Source: Paragordius varius
Taxonomy: Eukaryota; Animalia; Nematomorpha
Direction of reading: 5' to 3'
Assembly: GCA_964247055.1 (NCBI GenBank)
Contig: OZ176058.1
Coordinates: 4,588,001 to 4,652,000, forward strand
Length of the DNA stretch: 64,000 nt
The notes under the pieces were generated by a model. That model did not search any database. It worked only from the letters and a program-made list of their open reading frames with translations, and had not been told where the DNA came from. The position numbers and the translations under genes were made by a program. Below, piece after piece: positions 57,486 through 64,000 of this stretch (positions are counted from its first letter, which is position 1; the number at the start of each line of letters is the position of its first letter).

Positions 57486-57531
57486 ATTACAAACTCTCGT
57501 CGTTACCTACTCAATTACTACTATATTAGGT

Positions 57532-57796
57532 ATGGTAGGTGGGACCAAGAAAAAACAGTCATCGCAAAAACGCAAAAAAACTCTGCTTAAAAATAAATTA
57601 AAGAACACGAAATGTGAAAAGCTATTAAATATTCCTCCATGGATCATAAAACAAAAACTTCGGTAATTTTTGTAACTAAAATCTTAGAAGTAATCCAAAT
57701 GCCAATATAGCTTTATCGAGCAAAAAACGTAATAAAATCGTGAAAGCACAACGTCGAGCACGGAAACAAAAAGACAACTTAATGGATACTAAATAA
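57532..57796 (+). CDS. C11orf98: Small basic protein, C11orf98-like (Alb1-related pre-60S factor), 79 aa; exons 57532-57662 and 57688-57796, 25-bp intron
   Basis: MVGGTKKKQSSQKRKKTLLKNKLKNTKCEKLLNIPPWIIKQKL-R-SNPNANIALSSKKRNKIVKAQRRARKQKDNLMDTK*. NANIALSSKKRNK resembles the ANITLSGKKRRK motif recalled for human C11orf98. The phase-2 GT-AG intron is conserved in the paralog. The gene model is firmer than the name. Confidence 0.65.
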
Positions 57797-58778
57797 CTCT
57801 TTAATTTATAATTTGCACAAAATATATATTTGCATTTATTGCATTTCTCTTATAATAAATATTAATCACCAAGTTTATTGAACTTTTTGAGTATTACTTT
57901 TGCTACCGTGAAATATTAATTATTTTCCAATAAAATATTAACAATTTTAATCAATCAAAAATTAATGTTATTTAGCGGACGTTTTTATCTATATGTTACA
58001 GCAGATCACTAATTGAGATAATAAAATTTTTGTTAATTATTTTTGTAACAATACCAAAAAAATGCTAATAAATATTGATTGCAAAGTACTTTTTTATATG
58101 TTATAAAATGAAAATATTTCTATTTTATACTTTTTCTTTTATACAACTTGTGTAAATAAAAAATACAGCTATTTTTAAAAAATTGTTTTAAACCTTATAA
58201 TTTAAAAATATCTTTTCAAATATTTTGTTTCAAATCTTTTTGGGTAAAAGTAGTTGCAATTATACTGAAATATTTTTACCTTTCTTGCTTAAAAAATTCT
58301 CATTTTTTTGTATACAAATCAAAAGTTGGCATAGTTTCAATATAAAGTTTAAAACCATATCAAATCTTACTAGTAAAATTAAAATTATTGAGAGGCAAAA
58401 CATAAAAAGTAAACTGCTGTTTGTTTAAAAAAAACGTATACTTTATGTTTTGTTATATACCCTATCGTCATTTAAATTAAATGGGAATAAATAATTGATA
58501 ACAACACCAATTCTATAATTAAGGGCTGCCCAACACACAAATGGCCTTGAAAGGCACATTATTAAAATAAATTTTTAAATACCACTAATTAATTTAAAAC
58601 GAGGTTTATTGTATGGAAATGGGTCATTATGTAGTAATATTTCATGTCCATAACACATTCCTTTCAAAAGGAAGAAATAATCTTGCTATGAAGAGAGCAG
58701 AAAATATGCATAAAGCTTTATAACTTTTTTTATTATTAACAAATGTTTTACAAATTTTCATTTTATCGTTACTATTTA

Positions 58779-58976
58779 CAGTATGAATAAGTTGTATATA
58801 TTGCCTGAAAGTTATTAATTATTGCCCCAAACAACATATTTTGCAGCAAAGAGAATTATTATTGGGGCTAATAATAGTAAAAAGTGGAAAAAATATCTAT
58901 ATGCCAATAATACTGCCCTTTGTTGTCCATGCTATTTGGCAATACTTAATAACTTTCCATCAATGTATTCATACTG
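58779..58976. mobile_element. TA-flanked MITE (198 bp)
   Basis: TA|CAGTATGAATA ... TATTCATACTG|TA plus an internal inverted pair AAAGTTATTAATTATTGCC / GGCAATACTTAATAACTTT. Confidence 0.8.
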
Positions 58977-59013
58977 TATATTGATAAAATATATACAACA
59001 TATATAAAAACAA

Positions 59014-59290
59014 CAGTACAAATTGAAATCAAACTGACAAAACGTAAAAATATAAGGACAAATATTTTTTTTAAAAGATAACCATATTCACCTTAATTTT
59101 TCTCATATAAGCCATTTAGTAAATTGTATAATATAAAATTAATTGTTAGTATATATAACTCTATTTTACACTATGCCATTTAAAACAATGACTTGTAGAT
59201 ATAAATCTAGATTTAAAAGTATGGTTTGTCTTTTAGTAAAAAATATTTGTCTTTATATTTATATGTTTGAACGCATATCAGTTTTTACTG
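59014..59290. mobile_element. Family-A MITE (277 bp)
   Basis: CAGTACAAATTGAAATC...GACAAAACGTAAAAATATAAGGACAAATATT left arm; AAAAGTATGGTTTGTCTTTTAG...TTTTTACTG|TA right arm; absent from the paralogous block. Confidence 0.85.
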
Positions 59291-59680
59291 TAAGATTCTG
59301 ACTAAAAACTATTTAATAAATTTTAGCGTCGGTTAAATTATGTGAAGAAATTTTATATGGATATCGCCATCCATTTAATGTAAAAAACTCTAAACTTTTA
59401 ACAAAAATACACACCAAATTATAGATGCATTAACTCCAATATTAATTCCTTTAATGTAAAAAACTGTTATATTATATATTATTGAGAATGTGAGTATTTA
59501 AAAAAGTTCAATAGAAATATGGAACCGAAACACTTAAAGAGCATAAGCTCAGTTCAAGAAAAACTACATAATTTATACATAATAACTTTGCTAATCGATA
59601 CAACATATCCCCTATAATGTAAAAATATTTATGTTATATCAAACAATATTAGTAAATTAGAATGGTATTTCTTTAAAATT

Positions 59681-59682
<2 letters not shown>

Positions 59683-59733
<51 letters not shown>
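59683..59733. repeat. (TA)n microsatellite; others at about 4315-4350, 9680-9695, 10772-10800, 10921-10955, 14922-14945, 63140-63160 and 63935-63960
   Basis: Direct reading. Confidence 0.95.
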
Positions 59734-59740
<7 letters not shown>

Positions 59741-61020
59741 TTCATTCTTTTAGCGGGATAATTATTTAGTTTTATAACCTATTAATTTGTAAATTGCAAA
59801 CACGATCATAAAGTTAGTTATAAATTCCTTAATCTATCTTGACACTATACTAATCTTATATGTATGTATATGTGAGTATTAAGAATTTGACATTTTTTAT
59901 ATGGCAGTTTTAAGACTTTAATTTTGGCATTTGTCTGTCTTAGGACTTCTCAAAACTTTTACATGGTTTAATTTATTTTAGCGTGAGTAGCCTTTCATTT
60001 TAACATTCACCTAACCAAAGTAGTGTTATAGTGTGTGGCAAATCTTACCTAAATATACGTTTTATGTTCAAGGTTATTCAAGGAAAAAGAAAGATGGCAA
60101 AAACTAAAGTAGCTAACTATTATCTAGTCTATCTAATTAATATATATATATAGCTATAAAAAATCTTTAAAATTTATACAGATAGATAGATTAGATCTTT
60201 CAATCTATAATTAATTACATTTAACGCAAAATTCTATGTATATATTTCCATGGAAAAGTTAACTTTTTAATCGCAATATTTACCATTAATTAATCAAACC
60301 CACTAAATGACAAGGTTTCTTTTATTATCAATACTAATATCAATAAAAATTAATTTGACACAATTTATTTTCAGCGTGCATATTGATGACTTGTTAATTA
60401 GAAACATGTGCAAATCAATAAAATTTTTCTAAATATTGTTCGCTTTAAGTTATATAATACCCATTCATTTTATCGAATACTAAATTTACCACAATAATTC
60501 GAAATTTAAACTAAAAGATTTATGTTAATAAAAAAAATAATTTAATTGATTAGATTACAACAGGCTGGTGACAAAATCACAAAGAAAAGAATGGTGTCGC
60601 GTTTATTTTTATGCAGTAAAATTGGGAAATTAACAATTAAATTTTAGCTTTTAGTGTTTGGTTTTTAATAAAAAATTTTTTTCAATAAAAAAACTCCTCT
60701 TGAATTGGTGGAATAGAGAGAGACGTGCAAAAAATGATAATTTATTGATTTAGGAAAAAAATTATTTTATTTTTTTTATTAATTTTTCTTTTTGCGCATC
60801 ATAATATAAATATGCTTTTTTTGAATTGTTCTTTTGTGTTTTATTATATATTTAATTTAAATATTCTCAATAGAGTCTTTATTACAACAACACAATGTAA
60901 TATGGAAAATATTTATTTCCCTTATTTTGATTAAATTGGGTTATGGGGTCTAAACCATTTATTATATAATTATTCTTGTTGATATTTAAATATAGTAAAT
61001 TTGTAAGAATCAAAAAAAGT

Positions 61021-61344
61021 TTAAAATGTGCTATTTCGATTCCTCCCAGTACCCCTATGTTTTTTCAAAGGAACAGTTATAACTGTGAAAACGCGGTCTT
61101 TTATTAAAACGTATAGATATTTATTACTTGCGATCGTTTTTTCAGGAATCTTATTAAATCTCCAATTATAGGAAGATGGGATCACTCCTATTTTACTAAT
61201 TCCATTGTTTGCTTTTACGCTATTTTTTTCTATATTCTCTTTTTCCAACCAGAAAAAGAACGTAACATACGCGCGCGCGCCTTTTGGATTTATAATGATC
61301 CTATTTATAACTACAAATATTAATGATGAAAGCATTATTTTCAC
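61021..61344 (-). CDS. Hypothetical 107-codon ORF in a GC-richer island; strand and frame uncertain
   Basis: Non-repetitive and GC-enriched, with long open stretches on both strands; no recognisable motif. Confidence 0.2.
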   Translation of the reverse strand: MKIMLSSLIFVVINRIIINPKGARAYVTFFFWLEKENIEKNSVKANNGISKIGVIPSSYNWRFNKIPEKTIASNKYLYVLIKDRVFTVITVPLKKHRGTGRNRNSTF

Positions 61345-61655
61345 TTTTTTACTTTTTTTTTCTTTAAGTTTATACTTATATTAAGTGTTAAGTATATACT
61401 TAACACTTAATAGAATATATATATTCCTTCCATACCAAACAACAATATAATTAATGATGTCAATATATTATTTGCTATGCGTTGCATTTTTTTTGATTCT
61501 TTGACGCATATTTTTTCGACATCATGATATTGAAATTCTTATTTATTTTCTACTATAAATATGGGTGAAAGGAATACTTTTATAAAAAAATCCGTTTTTC
61601 TACCATGGGTATTGTTGCTAATTAAAGTTATTTCCCAAAATATAAATAATATGCT

Positions 61656-62012
61656 TTGATTGATTCTGACATACTCTTGTGGAGATTTTTTATGCCAGGA
61701 TTCATTTTTCGTATTCTACTACTAATGGTTTGGATTTTCAATTTCAATGAAATTGTGATTTGCATTCCACAACAGCAGAAAAATGTATCAACATCTTACG
61801 AAGGGAGGAAAAACCTCAAAATTTTCACACCCACCCGAGTACAAACCCAAATTCGAGATAAAAAACCGACGAAAGGTTTCTTCTTATACTTTGAACTTTT
61901 AACGAGTAGTAGTAGTAGTAGTAGTATTATATATTTGTCAATAACGACAAAACTAATCAGCACAAGAAAACAAAATGAAAAAATATTGGATTTGTATGGT
62001 AAACCCATATAA
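61656..62012 (+). CDS. Hypothetical 118-aa ORF, possible signal peptide
   Basis: Long non-repetitive ORF for such AT-rich DNA; hydrophobic MPGFIFRILLLMVWIF near the N-terminus; no recognisable domain. Confidence 0.3.
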   Translation: MIDSDILLWRFFMPGFIFRILLLMVWIFNFNEIVICIPQQQKNVSTSYEGRKNLKIFTPTRVQTQIRDKKPTKGFFLYFELLTSSSSSSSIIYLSITTKLISTRKQNEKILDLYGKPI

Positions 62013-62172
62013 CTAGCCAAACACATACTAATCCAAGTTAACTAATGCCTTAAGAAAAGGATAAAAAAATTTAAATTTTGAGATTATTTTATTAATAGTA
62101 CACCTCTGAATTGTATTAGGTGTTTAATAACAATTAAATCTATGACCAACTAAAGGCTATACTATTTTAGGT

Positions 62173-62411
62173 ATGGTAGGTACCAAGAAATCTACTCAAA
62201 CATAAATTAAAGAATACGTTGTGAATCGCTCTTAAATATTCCTCCATGGATTATAAAACAAAAACTTCGGTAATTGATTTATGTGACTAAAAACATTTTT
62301 AGAAGAAATCCAAATGCCAATATAGCTTTATCCAACAAAAAGCGAAACAAAATCGTGAAAACACAACGTCAAGCACGGAAACAAAAAGACAACCTAATGG
62401 ATACTAAATAA
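62173..62411 (+). pseudogene. Duplicate of the C11orf98-like gene with 5' deletions and an early stop
   Basis: The ATG frame reads MVGTKKSTQT*; the 33-bp intron (62270-62302) and exon 2 (RNPNANIALSNKKRNKIVKTQRQARKQKDNLMDTK*) remain intact. Confidence 0.65.
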
Positions 62412-62767
62412 CTCTTTAATTTATAATTTTCACAATATATATATTTGCATTTATTGTATATCATTATATAATAAATATTAATCACCAAGTTTATTGAACT
62501 TTATTGCTTATTTTAGCTATCGTGAAATATTAATTATTTTACGATAATACTACTTTAATTTAATCAATCAAAAATTGTATCTAAGAGATCACTAATTGAG
62601 ATAAAATTGCTTAGTTTTATGCACAAATGATAACGAAAAAAATAACGGTAATAAATATTGATTTCGAAGGACATTTATATATTTATCATACATTTTTTTG
62701 TTTATACAACTTGTATAAATGTAAAATATATACATTGATTTCAAAGTTTGACTTGAAATTTAAAACA

Positions 62768-62879
62768 CAGGAGGGTATGGCATAAAATATTATGCACCCC
62801 TTAAAAGAATAGAATTCTTGTTTTTTAAAAAACATTTTTTATTTTATGGACTAATATTGTTTTATGCCATACGCTACTG
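62768..62879. mobile_element. Small MITE (112 bp)
   Basis: CAGGAGGGTATGGCATAAAATATTA ... TAATATTGTTTTATGCCATACGCTACTG|TA; a similar left end (CAGTAGCATATGGTAAAA) lies at about 9286. Confidence 0.7.
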
Positions 62880-63280
62880 TAATTTAGCTTCAAATTCAAA
62901 TATTTTTGTGTATCATTTTCTTGCTTAATCAAATCAACATATATTTTAACATAAAAAATAAAAAGTTGTTATTTTTATTTCGAGAACCCAAATAAAAATC
63001 TTAATGATTAAAATAAATAAGGCAAAACATAAAAAGTAAACGACTGTTTTTTGTAAAAAATACTTTCTTTTTATTTAATTTAACCTACTATGGTAATTCT
63101 GGATTACGAATTATTAAATGGGTGATTTATAAAATGATGACACCAATTTTAAAATAATTATATATATATATATATATATCTGATTCATAAATAAAATATA
63201 CCTATTTTTTTCAGGGAAAATTGCTTATTATTTACAATACAAATTTTTGGTTTGAGGCATTCTGCTAAAATTTATATATA

Positions 63281-63542
63281 CCATTTACAATTCAAATTCA
63301 CCCTTGAACAATTCAAATTCACCCATATAAAATATATGTTTTTTAAGATTAAAAATTACCTATATTTTTTATATTTTTCAAAAATGAAAATTTTGTTTTA
63401 AATTAAAATAATGCTAAAAATATATTAAACTATACCATAAACATATATTTCATATTAAAAATGAGTTATATTAGTTCGAAAACACATTATTTATTTTTAG
63501 GTGAATTTGAATTGTTCGAGGGTGAATTTGAACTGCAAATTA
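63281..63542. mobile_element. Second family-D MITE
   Basis: Same TIR and internal sequence (ATGAGTTATATTAG..CGAAA) as 10058-10380 but only 2+2 subrepeats. Confidence 0.8.
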
Positions 63543-64000
63543 TATAATAAATATATCATCATCTATTATTATAAACAAATTAGTAGGATGCTGAAACAAC
63601 AGTTATTAGCTAATTTTTATTGGTTAATTTTTTGGTACTTAATTTATAATTTTCCCTCACTTTAAATATTAAAGACCTTATTAACCATTATTAATTCTAT
63701 TACATTGTAAAATACTAATATTATAATACTGAGAATGTGAATATTTAATAAAGTTCAATAGAAATATGGAACCGAAACACTTAAAGAGCATACGCTAAGT
63801 TCAAAAAAAACTACATATTTTTACATATAATATCTCTTTTAATCGATACATTATCCCCCCTTATTTATGTAAAAATATTTATGTTATAACAAAGTATTAA
63901 TTGGTAAATTAGGATGGTTTTTCTTTGAAATTAGATATATATATATATATATATATATACATATTTCATTCCTTTAGCGGGATAATTATTTAGTTTTGTT

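Larger units (their letters stand above)
57160..59790 (+). repeat. Segmental duplication, copy A
   Basis: Colinear with 62133-64000: ATGACCAACT start, C11orf98-like gene, GGCAAAACATAAAAAGTAAAC, GGAACCGAAACACTTAAAGAGCAT, (TA)n then TTTAGCGGGATAATTATTTAG. Confidence 0.85.
62133..64000 (+). repeat. Segmental duplication, copy B (runs off the right edge)
   Basis: Same blocks as copy A, with different MITE insertions and many indels. Confidence 0.85.

Noticed and set aside
58225-59007. ORFs 58225-58428 and 58822-59007
   Set aside because: The first is not conserved as a frame in the paralogous block; the second lies mostly within a MITE.
59316-59378. Candidate exon SVKLCEEILYGYRHPFN, loosely like a CD36-family motif
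   Set aside because: Similarity too weak, not found in the paralogous block, and no consistent spliced model.

Overview
Very AT-rich eukaryotic genomic DNA using the standard code and GT-AG introns. The ORF track misses the real genes because they are split into small exons. Reading by hand gives three genes and a pseudogene. (1) The first five exons of DPM1 on the minus strand (4840 down to 450, continuing off the left edge). (2) A complete five-exon, 157-aa membrane-anchored cytochrome b5 gene on the minus strand (54102 down to 9145). (3) A two-exon C11orf98-like gene (57532-57796, +) and its broken duplicate (62173-62411). The cytochrome b5 gene has a 29-bp first intron followed by a 39,431-bp second intron. 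About 37.7 kb of that intron is a 21/24-bp satellite (TTTTTACATTTTGTCYGTATM). The satellite sits inside, and derives from, one terminal inverted repeat of a short Tc1/mariner-type MITE; unexpanded copies of that MITE occur elsewhere in the window. Several kb-sized introns are built partly from decayed copies of their own exon edge plus splice site. The rest is several MITE families, TTAA-flanked piggyBac-like elements (one nested in another), a perfect 292-bp palindrome and a diverged segmental duplication. All giant ORFs in the ORF track are satellite artefacts. The organism cannot be identified from sequence alone; an animal lineage with tiny introns (e.g. a myxozoan) is an unverified inference.
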